In this document: piece by piece, positions 52,043 to 61,700 of the stretch
How positions within the stretch are numbered: the first letter of the stretch is position 1
Layout of the letters: the number at the start of each line of letters is the position of its first letter
Assembly: GCA_965219445.1 (NCBI GenBank)
Contig: CBDCNQ010000005.1
Location: forward strand, 1,638,420-1,702,419
Reading direction: 5' to 3'
Length of the DNA: 64,000 nt
From: Longimicrobiales bacterium
GTDB taxonomy: Bacteria > Gemmatimonadota > Gemmatimonadetes > Longimicrobiales > Gaopeijiaceae
The notes under the pieces: generated by a model
Told to the model about the DNA's origin: nothing
Databases searched by the model: none
Seen by the model: the letters and a program-made list of their open reading frames with translations, nothing else
Position numbers and translations under genes: made by a program

Positions 52043-52885
52043 ATGCGGGACGGCCATCGCCGAGAATACGCCGCGAGCAGGGACCGCGGGTCCACCTCCT
52101 TCCCCGAACGGTGCCGTGGGGCGCTCGCCGACATCGGCATCTACGGCACCGTCTCGTACCGCGATCTCGCCGAGGCTCACTTCGGCGGCCATCCCTACAC
52201 CACGCGGCGGGCCGTGAACGCCTGGGTCCGCGAAGGGCTCGCCCAAGAAACCCGAGCCACTGGACCCAACGGCAACCCGTTCAAGGTGCTGACCCTCACG
52301 CGGAAAGGCGTGGCCGAGGCCCGGAAGCTGGCCGCCGAGCGGGGAATCGATCCCGGCCAGGAGATCGGGTTCGCACGTACCCGGCCCGCCGAAGCCGCGC
52401 ACGACACCGCCATCTATCGGGCCTGCCGCCAGGAGCACCAACGCCTGATCGAGCAGGGGGCCACCGTCCGCCGTGTGCGTCTCGACGGCGAGTTCAAGAG
52501 CGCCGTAGCACGCAAGAGCGAGTCCGCGCGTGCGAAAGACGGCCGGCGGGCCGCGGACGCCGAGCGGCACCGCGTGGCCGAGGAGCTCGGCTTGCCGATT
52601 GATGCCCAAGGCCGGGTGCTCTACCCGGATGCGCAGATCGAGTACACCGACTCCGAGGGACGCACCGGCCGCGTCAACATCGAGGTCGCATCGGGCAACT
52701 ACCGTGCTCGCTCCATACGTGCCAAGGTGGCCGCCGGGTTCCGGATGCACGCCAACGGACCGGCCGCCGCGCGGGTGCTTAGGGCGCTCGGCTGCGAGGA
52801 TCATGGCTCCTCCCTACGGGGTCCGGCCGAGCGGGACCCGGCCGCCCTCGAGCTCAAGAGCGACGCCGAGGGCGACTGGGACTGA
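52043..52885 (+). CDS. Winged-helix plus PD-(D/E)xK-like protein, resembling replication-relaxation (Replic_Relax) family
   Basis: ALADIG.YGTVSYRDL, LTLTRKG, AHDTAIY, YPDAQIEY...VNIEV. Confidence 0.55.
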   Translation: MRDGHRREYAASRDRGSTSFPERCRGALADIGIYGTVSYRDLAEAHFGGHPYTTRRAVNAWVREGLAQETRATGPNGNPFKVLTLTRKGVAEARKLAAERGIDPGQEIGFARTRPAEAAHDTAIYRACRQEHQRLIEQGATVRRVRLDGEFKSAVARKSESARAKDGRRAADAERHRVAEELGLPIDAQGRVLYPDAQIEYTDSEGRTGRVNIEVASGNYRARSIRAKVAAGFRMHANGPAAARVLRALGCEDHGSSLRGPAERDPAALELKSDAEGDWD

Positions 52886-53856
52886 GGGGCCCGGACACAA
52901 GCCGAGAAGAACAGACAGCGTCCGCCCGCCTCATGAAGGCCGAGCTCCGCCAGTTCGTTGCACACACCTGTGAGCCTTGATTCCGCAGCCCTGCGCGACC
53001 CAGCGTGTAGCGATATTGCCTACTCGTTCCCCCTTCACCGGCCACGCGCGCCGTTAGGGCGCGTTGGAGGCGAAGATGGCAGGAGTGAGCTTCCGCATCG
53101 GCGATGTCTTTCCCCACGATGATGCGGTGTCCCAGTTCCTGATTGGCCTGTGCATGGCAGTCAACGACGCACGCTGATAATGCGGCGCATGGAGCACATC
53201 TACGATACACCGGAAGGCCAGTCGGGCGAGAGCACCTACTACTTCTACCTCACCTGCGCCTACTACCGAGAAGCAACGAGATTCCTGGAAAACCGGTTCG
53301 AAGACCCGGGGGTCGCCTCGTTCCTGGAAGACCTGCCGCCCGAGGGTCGCGCGCAGCTGGAAAAAGTGAAGGCGTCCTTCACTCCTTGGGACGGCTCCTT
53401 CGTCAAGGATGTCCTGCTACCAGTCAGAAACGTCGTTTTCCATTACACGCCGAGGCTACCGCAACAGCTGCATCCCCTCAAGCACGGGACGGGACGGGAC
53501 GGGACGGGACGGGACGACGCGGTCCACATCTGTGTCATGGCCTGCCAGGCGGCTTTCCCCCGGCCCCTGAGGCGATTAAGCCGTCGCCCTGGTTCCTGAG
53601 GATGCCCGTCCTTCACGGCCCTCCACAGGTGCTGAGACTAACATAGGATGTGGTACTGCTCTTGGGGGCAGGTCAAATGCTGGACACGATTAACGCGAAT
53701 CGCGGTCTCGAAAGGATCGGCCGATCTGGTGGAAAGACCTTGAACTACCTTAAGTTGTTGACAAGATAGAAGATAGTCGCCCGATTTGGGCCCAATGCAT
53801 GCTTGGTGAGGAGAAACACAGTTCGCCTCGTTGCGGGATGAATGGAGAAAAGACCA

Positions 53857-54147
53857 ATGTCAGAAAGCCGGTCTCACAGGACGACAGCTAATCGGCTCGC
53901 TAGCCAGAACGACACCGAATACAACGAAGGTCAGGGGCCGGACATCAAGACACCGGACATCACGATCGAGGTCGAGACACCCGACACTGTCGCGGATGCC
54001 GGTCGCCAGCTCAGGGGACATCGAGGACCGGTTTATGTGGCCGGAACTAACAAGGAGGCTGTTGAAGGCGCGCTGGAGCGTTACGGTAACAGCACCATCG
54101 GCATAATGGACAATCAAGGGAACATCCTCAAACCGTCAACTAGGTAG
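53857..54147 (+). CDS. Small hypothetical protein, possibly a minimal PD-(D/E)xK fold
   Basis: GGAG RBS; GPDI...IEVET. Confidence 0.55.
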   Translation: MSESRSHRTTANRLASQNDTEYNEGQGPDIKTPDITIEVETPDTVADAGRQLRGHRGPVYVAGTNKEAVEGALERYGNSTIGIMDNQGNILKPSTR

Positions 54148-54424
54148 CTGTGTGACCTGCCTCCTCGCCCTGCCGTCGGGCACCGGACCCTCATCGCCCG
54201 AGCGACCTTGCCAGGTCAGCTTGTGGAGAACATACGACAGGTGTCGCACAGCCGTACACCTTGTCGAATACAATCCCGGAGGGCACCCAGCACTACCACG
54301 TCCTCATACGGCCCGACGGCCTCGGACCTACACGTGATGGCCCTCGCTCGCCGCAGAGATGTCTTGGCCCTCAAGATCGCCTGCCAACGGTCGGGCCTCG
54401 CCTCGATCCGCCGTGTAAGAATGC

Positions 54425-54922
54425 ATGTCGGCTAAAGCAAGCCTGCCCCTCGTGACGTTGGACACTAGTGCGGTCGAGCCGCATGTCTTCGACCATGCCG
54501 GGTTCTTGGGCTACGAAGTGCAGGTAGTAACCGTAACTGCCCGAGAGGTCGAAGGAACAAGCTTCGAGGTGCCGTTGGAGCACACGCGGCGCGTGCTCGA
54601 ACTGGGCCACTTCGGTGAGTCCCGCTTCGGTCAAGCGGTCTTTGCAGGACCAAGCACGAAAGAAACTGTCGAGGCTGCCTTGGACATCATCTCCGGCGGG
54701 AGCTTTCCGGCGAACCGGGCCGTCCTGACAGTCGGTCAGAAGCATCAACTCCGCGACGCTATGATTCTTGAGGCCCATGTCCGAAGCGGAGCCGATCTCT
54801 TCGTTACGGATGACGCACGGGCTTATGTGAAGCACGGGAGAAGGGAGGCACTGAAAGAGCGCCTCGGCGTGCGTATCCTGTTGGTGGCCGCGTTCCTAGC
54901 CCTGACATCCCGACGCACATGA
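54425..54922 (+). CDS. PIN-domain-like protein
   Basis: TLDTSAV, RDAMILEAH, DLFVTDD acidic pattern. Confidence 0.65.
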   Translation: MSAKASLPLVTLDTSAVEPHVFDHAGFLGYEVQVVTVTAREVEGTSFEVPLEHTRRVLELGHFGESRFGQAVFAGPSTKETVEAALDIISGGSFPANRAVLTVGQKHQLRDAMILEAHVRSGADLFVTDDARAYVKHGRREALKERLGVRILLVAAFLALTSRRT

Positions 54923-55079
54923 TCGCTGTTCGATGCGCAGTCTCGCCCCGCTGCTGTTCCCTCAAGCCGGTTCCGGCTTCTGGGGCATGGGATGGCCCCA
55001 TCCTGTCGCCTTGCGGGTGAGTTGCTAGCGGACCGGCCCGCTCTCCGGGCCGCTCTGCTCGCTGTTCCCAGGCGGCGTC

Positions 55080-57425
55080 CTAAGCCTCGCCCGGGGTCGC
55101 GAAGCGGTAGCCGACGCCGTGCTCGTTGAAGATGTAGGTGGGATTGGCGGCGGCGTCGCCGAGCTTGTGGCGGAGCTTCTTGACGACGGTGCGGACGCGA
55201 TCGGTGTCGTCCGAGCCTCGGCGCCCCCACACCTGTCGTAGGAGCGCCTCCGTAGTGACCACGCGTCCCCCGTGGAGCGAGAGGATGCGCAGCAAGTCGA
55301 ACTCGGTGGCCGTGAGCGGGACCTCGCGGCCGGCCACGCTAACCCGGCGCCGGCCGTAGTCGATGGCGAGCTCCCCGTGCACGAACGTCTCGGGCACGGC
55401 CCGGTTCCGTAGCGCCGCCTGGACCCGCGCCACGAGCTCGGTCGGCGAGAACGGCTTGACGATGTAGTCGGCCGCGCCGCTCTCGAGCGCCCGCGCGATC
55501 GTCTCGTCGCGGCCGTAGCCGGAGATGAAGATGACCGGGAGATCGGCGAGTTCGGGGACCCGCTTCATCAGCTCGATCCCGTCCGTTCCGGGGAGCATGA
55601 GGTCGAGAAGGACGAGGCGGGGCTTCTCGGCGCGGATGACGCCGGAGAGTCCGTCTGGATCGCCCGTCACCAGCGGGGCGTAGCCCGCATCGGAGAGGAC
55701 GTTGCGCACGTAGCGTAGCGTCTGCGGGTCGTCGTCCACGACCAGGATGCGCGTCTTCTCCCGCCCGTCCCCAGGCGGGCGTGGCCGGCCGCTGGGCGGA
55801 GCCTCCTCGGGCGGGGCTGCCTCGGGCGTGGCCGCCCCGGCCACCGGGATCGTGAAGGTGAAGCGCGCGCCCTGGTCCGTCCCCCCGCTCTCGGCGCGGA
55901 TACGGCCGCCGTGCGCCTCGACGAGGCCCTTGCAGATGGCGAGGCCGAGCCCGGTGCCTCCAGCGAGGCCGGCACGCTTGTGGAAGAGGTGCGGGAGCCG
56001 GTCGGGCGCGATCCCCCGGCCCTCGTCCGAGACCGAGAGCGCGATGTAGCCGCCCTCGCACGCCGCCTGGACCCGGATCAGGGAGGACGCGGGAGCGTGG
56101 CGGGCCGCGTTCGAGAAGAGGTTGTTCATCACCTGCACGATGCGCTCCGGGTCGGCCATCGCACGCGGCAGGTCCGGCGGCAGGTCGATGAGGACGGCGT
56201 GCCGGCCTCCGCCGCTCAGGAACGTGCTGCGGGCCCGGTCCACCAGCGCGGCGACGTTCGCGGGCTCGGGCGCGACGGTGAGCGTGCCCGCCTCGATGCT
56301 TCCCGCGTCCAGAAGGTTCGCGATGAGGCCCCTCATGTGGTCGGCCTGCCCGTCGATGATGCGGAAGAACTGGAGCAGCTCGGCCTGGGGCGGGACCGGC
56401 ACGGCGCCGAGCACGGTCGCCGTCGAACCCTTGATCGAGGTCAGCGGGGCGCGGAGCTCGTGGCTCACCATCCCGAGGAACTCCGCCCGCTGCCGCTCGA
56501 GCTCGTCGAGCGGCGCCAGGTCCTGCATGGTGACGACGACCGACACGACCCCTCCCTCCTCGGAGCGGATCGGCGTGACGTTGATGAGCATCCGGACGCT
56601 CCGCCCGTCGGGCACCGACAGCTCGACCTCCTCGGCCCGCATCGTCGTGGCGCTCCCGAGCTGCCGGGCCAGGGGCAACTCCTCTAGGGAGACCTCCCGC
56701 CCGTCGGAGTGCCGGCACGTGATCACCTCGAGCAGCTGCTCCGGTGGACGGCCCGGCGTGCGGAGCCCCTCGACGATGCGCCGCGCCTCGCGGTTGAACG
56801 AGACCGGATGGCCGGTGCCGGCATCGAACACCGCCACGCCGACCGGCGAGGTCTCGATGAGCGCCTCGAGGTCGGCCCGCGCCCGCTCGAGATCGCGGTA
56901 CGTGCGCGCGTTCGCGATCGCCGTCGCCGCCTGCGAGGCGAAAAGCACCAGGATCTCCTCGTCCTCGCCCGTGAACGCCTCGCCGTCCTCCTTGTCGCTG
57001 AGAAAGAAGTTGCCGAGATGCTCGCCCCGGTGGTGCATCGGGGTCCCATGCAGCGACCTCGACGTCCAGGGCGTCGGCGAGAGGCCGAGCGAGTCGAGGT
57101 AGCCGGGCAGATCCGCCACCCGGAGCGGCTTCGCCTGGTCGCGAAGGTGTTCGAAGAATCGCCGCCCGTCGGACCACTCCACCATCTTCCGGTGCTCTTC
57201 GGGAGAAAGGCCGGATGTGACGAAGTCCTGGACCTCTCCCTGCTCGTCGATCGTCGTGATCACGCCCAAGCGGGCGCCGGTGAGCGCGCGGGCACTCTCG
57301 ACGACCTCCTCCAGCACGGTGGCCACGTCCAGGCTCTGGCTGATGCGGAGGATGGCCGCGCTCAGCCGCGAGATGCGGTCGTCGGAGGGCCCGCTCCCGG
57401 GCCCCGTAGGGTCTCGATCGTTCAA
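55080..57425 (-). CDS. Cytoplasmic hybrid GAF-PAS-HisKA-HATPase-REC-OmpR wHTH protein
   Basis: SHELRAPLTSI, NLFSNA, DEGRGI, GTGLGLAI, VVDDD/LLDLMLP/KPF, LTATEFDLL...GVGYRF. Confidence 0.92.
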   Translation of the reverse strand: MNDRDPTGPGSGPSDDRISRLSAAILRISQSLDVATVLEEVVESARALTGARLGVITTIDEQGEVQDFVTSGLSPEEHRKMVEWSDGRRFFEHLRDQAKPLRVADLPGYLDSLGLSPTPWTSRSLHGTPMHHRGEHLGNFFLSDKEDGEAFTGEDEEILVLFASQAATAIANARTYRDLERARADLEALIETSPVGVAVFDAGTGHPVSFNREARRIVEGLRTPGRPPEQLLEVITCRHSDGREVSLEELPLARQLGSATTMRAEEVELSVPDGRSVRMLINVTPIRSEEGGVVSVVVTMQDLAPLDELERQRAEFLGMVSHELRAPLTSIKGSTATVLGAVPVPPQAELLQFFRIIDGQADHMRGLIANLLDAGSIEAGTLTVAPEPANVAALVDRARSTFLSGGGRHAVLIDLPPDLPRAMADPERIVQVMNNLFSNAARHAPASSLIRVQAACEGGYIALSVSDEGRGIAPDRLPHLFHKRAGLAGGTGLGLAICKGLVEAHGGRIRAESGGTDQGARFTFTIPVAGAATPEAAPPEEAPPSGRPRPPGDGREKTRILVVDDDPQTLRYVRNVLSDAGYAPLVTGDPDGLSGVIRAEKPRLVLLDLMLPGTDGIELMKRVPELADLPVIFISGYGRDETIARALESGAADYIVKPFSPTELVARVQAALRNRAVPETFVHGELAIDYGRRRVSVAGREVPLTATEFDLLRILSLHGGRVVTTEALLRQVWGRRGSDDTDRVRTVVKKLRHKLGDAAANPTYIFNEHGVGYRFATPGEA

Positions 57426-57568
57426 TGCTCCACTCCCGCCGAAGGGTGAGGCGGAGCGGACGAGGCTCCGGCCGATCGGCCCGGCCGCCTTCCGCCGGAC
57501 CGCGGGGGGTGGAGGATAGCGCTCTTCGCGCGTGAAGTCACTAAAGGGCCACGACGCTCGCCCGACAA

Positions 57569-57586
57569 GTCACAACTCACTCACAA
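57569..57586. promoter_or_regulatory. OmpR/PhoB-type tandem box candidate
   Basis: TCACAA at 57570 and 57581 (11-bp period); TTGTGAC also at 57653 and 58611. Confidence 0.4.
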
Positions 57587-57607
57587 AATAGCGCGTAGCT
57601 TTCCGGA

Positions 57608-57639
57608 TAGCTCTCGATAATTGTAGTTATCGAGAGTAA
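57608..57639 (+). repeat. lox/dif-like recombination site, left
   Basis: TAG-CTCTCGATAA-TTGTAG-TTATCGAGAG-TAA: 10-bp palindromic arms with an asymmetric 6-bp spacer. Confidence 0.88.
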
Positions 57640-57686
57640 CCCGCGGCAAGGATTGTGACCAGAGAGGCCCCCGAGTTCTTCGGGGC

Positions 57687-58688
57687 TCATCTGCGTTTCT
57701 GAAGCCGTGCCAGCTGTGCGGCGCCGTTGCGCTTGGCCAGCAGCCGCTCGCCGTAGCGCTGCACCATCTGGGCGTTCTTCCAGCGCCCGGCCTGCATGAT
57801 CGCCGGGATCCCGATCCCTTTGGCGATCATGTCCTGAGCCGCGCCCACGCGGGGGCTGTGCCCGGAGAGCCGCCGCACGATCTGCTCCGGCAGCCCGGCC
57901 CGTTCGGCCATCGCCTTGTAGATGCGCGGCACCTGGCTCTCATGCAGTTGGCCGCCCAGCGTGCCGTCCTTGCGCATCGAACGGAAGAGCGGCCCGCCAC
58001 TGATCCCGCTCGCGCCCAGCCACTCCGAGAGCAGCCTCACGCTGTCTCGGTGCAGGTAGAGCATCGCGCCGCCGCCCTCCGGATCGGTCTTCGCGCGGCG
58101 CACGAGGAGCGAGGCCGAGCCGCCCCTTTCTATCGTCACATCAACGACTTGCAGCGCGACCAGCTCGGAGCGCCGGAGCATGGCGTCGTAGGCCACGGCC
58201 AGGATCGCGCGGTTCCTGACGTCGATCACCCGGTCGCCCGCGGCCTCCATCAGGCGCCGGCGGAGCGCCCAGGTCAGACCCTGCACCTGCCTCTGCCGGC
58301 ACCCCCTCTGCCGGTGCATCCGCTTCAGCGCCCGCCGCACGGTCACGTGCTCGAGCGGGCTCCGCTCCCCGGCCGCCTTGTGCACGGTGGCGACGCTCGA
58401 GACGTAGCGCCGCACGGTGGCCGGCGCTCGCTCGCTCGCCATCGCCTCGACGTAGGCCACCACCGTGGCCGCGCGCGCGGGCAGCGGAGAGAGCCCCCGC
58501 TCGGCGCACCACGCCGCGAACCGTTCCAGGTCCGCTCGCACCGCTCGCACGGTATGGCCGCTCAGGGCGCCGCGGGCGTCCTCCAGGTAGGCGGTCAGGC
58601 GCTCGCCGGTTTGTGACTTTCGAGTGGTGGGGTCGCGAAGCCCGGACACACCTGCTGGGGCTAAAATCCGCATAAGTGCCCCCTGCAC
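57687..58688 (-). CDS. Cre-like tyrosine recombinase
   Basis: SAM-like N domain; LRRSEL, KTD, GHSPRVGAAQDM, GRWK and QRY (R-K-H-R-W-Y set as in Cre). Confidence 0.92.
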   Translation of the reverse strand: MQGALMRILAPAGVSGLRDPTTRKSQTGERLTAYLEDARGALSGHTVRAVRADLERFAAWCAERGLSPLPARAATVVAYVEAMASERAPATVRRYVSSVATVHKAAGERSPLEHVTVRRALKRMHRQRGCRQRQVQGLTWALRRRLMEAAGDRVIDVRNRAILAVAYDAMLRRSELVALQVVDVTIERGGSASLLVRRAKTDPEGGGAMLYLHRDSVRLLSEWLGASGISGGPLFRSMRKDGTLGGQLHESQVPRIYKAMAERAGLPEQIVRRLSGHSPRVGAAQDMIAKGIGIPAIMQAGRWKNAQMVQRYGERLLAKRNGAAQLARLQKRR

Positions 58689-58709
58689 AATGACATACAG
58701 CCAAAAAGT

Positions 58710-58741
58710 TTACTCTCGATAACTACAATTATCGAGAGCTA
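58710..58741 (-). repeat. lox/dif-like recombination site, right (inverted)
   Basis: Exact 32-bp reverse complement of 57608-57639. Confidence 0.88.
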
Positions 58742-58776
58742 AATCCGCGCGCGGAAACCGCAGGAGAACGAGCGAA

Positions 58777-61700
58777 GTGGACATCGCGATGACTAGGACA
58801 CCGGACGGACGCGGCCGCGAGCGCCGCACGGATACCATCTTGCCGAGCGTCTTAAGCGCGAGGGAACACGGCTGCCCGCCTCCACGGCCTGACACCCTGC
58901 CGCCACGCCGTGGCGGCCGTCCTTCCTCAAAGACCGCATCCGCCGCCGGCCGGCCGGCGGGTTTCGCGCGCCTGCGCGGTGCGCGGCGCTCGCTTGTCGG
59001 CTCCGCCGGGGCGCTGGCCGCCGCGGCGCTGCTCGCGCTCTCCGGCGCGCTCGCCCTCCCGGCCACGGCCACGGCCCAGACTAACGTGCTCGTGAGCAAC
59101 GTGGGAAAGAGCGACAACGGTACAAGCGGTACTCCGTCCGCCTCCGTCCCCATGGCCCAAGGGTTCGAAACGGGTTCCGATGCGGACGGCTACGACCTCG
59201 GCAGCGTCGTTCTGGAGTTCGGGAGTGCGCCGACCGGGACCGGCACGGTGAGGGTCACGGTGAGGCAAGAGTCAACGCTAACACACCCAGTAACCGGCCT
59301 CATTTATCCCAGCCCTTTCGAGCTGTACTGGCTGGCCAACCCCACAGCACTTTCGTCCGGATTGAACGAATTCACAGCCCCGCCAGGCGCCACGCTGGAG
59401 ACGAACACGACCTATTTCGTGATGGTGTCCTACAGCACAAGCTCCGGCGGCCCTAGTTGGGACCGCGTACTGTTGAGCAGTGGTCTGGACGCCGACGCTG
59501 CCACGGGCTGGGACATTGATGACGCGTACCAGCAGTACAGCAGCATGGGTTGGGAGGAGGAGTCGAGTGACCGAGCATTTAAGATTCAGGTCAGGGGCAC
59601 CACCGCGATGGCCGCGCCGGCCGTGCCGACGAACTTCACCGCCGCGCCGGGCAACGCGGAAGTGACGCTCGCCTGGGACGCGCCGGCATCGGGTTCGGGC
59701 GTCACGCGCCACGAGTTCCGGTACAAGACGGACGGGAGCTATCCCGTGACCTGGACGCAGATTGCGGGCAGCGGGGTGGGCGGCGCCAACGAGGCCGGGT
59801 ACACGGTGCCGAGTCTCACCAACGAGACAGAGCACACCTTCGAGTTGCGCGCGGTGAACGCCGGCGGCGGCGGCGCGGCAGCGGAGTCGGACCCGGTGAC
59901 GCCGACGCCGGGCATCTGCGACCGCACGCAGCAGGTGCAGGACCGGATCGTGACCTACGTGAACGCGATCTTCAACGTCGACTACGACTGTTCGGAGGTG
60001 ACGGTGGCGAACCTGGCCAGGTTGAATAATATGGCGCTCGGCAACAAGGGGATCACGTCGCTCCAGGCGGGCGACTTCGCCGGCCTGACGGGGCTGGAGA
60101 GGTTGAGCCTGGGCGACAATTCTCTGACCGCGCTTCCCTCGGGGGTGTTCTCCGATCTGACGTCCATGACGAGCCTCTGGCTGGCCGCCAACTCGCTGAC
60201 CGCGCTTCCCGAGGACTTGTTTTCCGGTCTGACGAATCTGGAGGAGCTCACACTGAAAAACAACGAACTGGAAACGCTTCCTGCCGGGGTGTTCTCCGGA
60301 CTGAGGGCCGTGGGGACTATTCAGTTGCAGGAGAACCAACTCGAAACGCTTCCCGAGGGGGTGTTCTCCGGACTGACGGCGCTGGGCACCATCTGGCTGC
60401 AAGACAACACATCGCTGGGATCGCTTCCTGCGAACCTGTTCTCGGGGCTCACCAGTCTGAGAACAGTCGATCTACACAACATCGGCCTGACCACGCTACC
60501 CGCAGGGCTGTTCTCCGGCCGGACGAACATGTATTCCATCGACCTGCGTGAGAACGAACTGGAAACGCTCCCCGCGAACGTGTTCTCGGGGCTGACGAAG
60601 CTGAACGGCATCACTCTGACCGACAACGATCTGCGTTCGCTTCCCCCTGGGCTGTTCTCCGGCCTTACGGCGCTGCAGAAAATCCGTCTGGCAGGCAACA
60701 AACTGAGTGCGCTCCCCGACGGGTTGTTCTCCGGGCTGACGTTGCTGACATTCGTCAGTCTGGACCGCAACACCGTCGATCCTCTGCCGCTCACGGTGAC
60801 CCTGGACAAGGTGGGGACCGACCAGGTGCGGGCGAAGGTGCGGGCGGGGGCGCCGGGCACGGTCGATTTTACGGTGACGGTGGCGAACGGGACGCTCGCG
60901 GGCGGTGTGACGACGCTCAGTGTGGCGCAAGGCTCGGTGGAAGGCACCACCGCGGTCACCGTGATCCGCACGGACGGGACGACGGCGGCAGTGACGGCGG
61001 ACGTCGACCTGACGACCCAGCCGACGTTCGCCCCGGGGGTGTACGTCGGGGGGTCAACCTTCGTCCGGTCGACCTCGGGGCTGCCGGCGACGATCCTGCC
61101 GGGCACCACGCAAGTGCCGCCGCTCCCCGCGCCGACCGGTTTCAGCGCCGAGGCCGGCGACGGCGAGGTGACGCTGTCCTGGACCGATCCGGGGTCGGGT
61201 TCGGACGTCACGCATCACGACTACCGATTCAGGACCGACGGGGATTACGGGGACTGGATCGAGATCGACGACAGCGGCCCGGGCGAGACCAACGCGGCCG
61301 GGCTTCACGGTGACGGCGGACATCGTCAACGGCAGAGCCTACACCTTCCACCTCCGCGCGGGCGGGGACGACGGCGACAGCCCGGCGGTCGAGGCGGGTC
61401 GGGTGACGCCGACGGGACTGCCCCCCAGAGTCACCTCCGTGGTGGTCGCGTCCGCGCCGCAGTCGGGGGACACGTACCGCTCATACGAGACGATCGTGTT
61501 CACGGTGACGTTCAGCGAGCCGGTGGAGGTCAAACCACACGGGCGACTGAGGCTGAAGGTCGGTCTCGACAATCCCGGCGGGGCGTCCGGGAGCACGGTG
61601 GAGGCTGTGTTCTCGGGCCTCTCGCAGAGCCAGCGGCCGACTGCCGATACCCCGCAGGCCCGGCTCGCCCGGCATATGCATTTCAAATACAAGGTGCAGC

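Noticed and set aside
53486..53515. (GGGAC)6 tract, LRR and Sel1 periodicity as a CRISPR array
   Set aside because: No repeat-spacer structure and no cas genes; these are microsatellite or coding repeats.
57669..57685. Hairpin after the recombinase stop as an intrinsic terminator
   Set aside because: Only a 6-bp stem and no clear U-tract.
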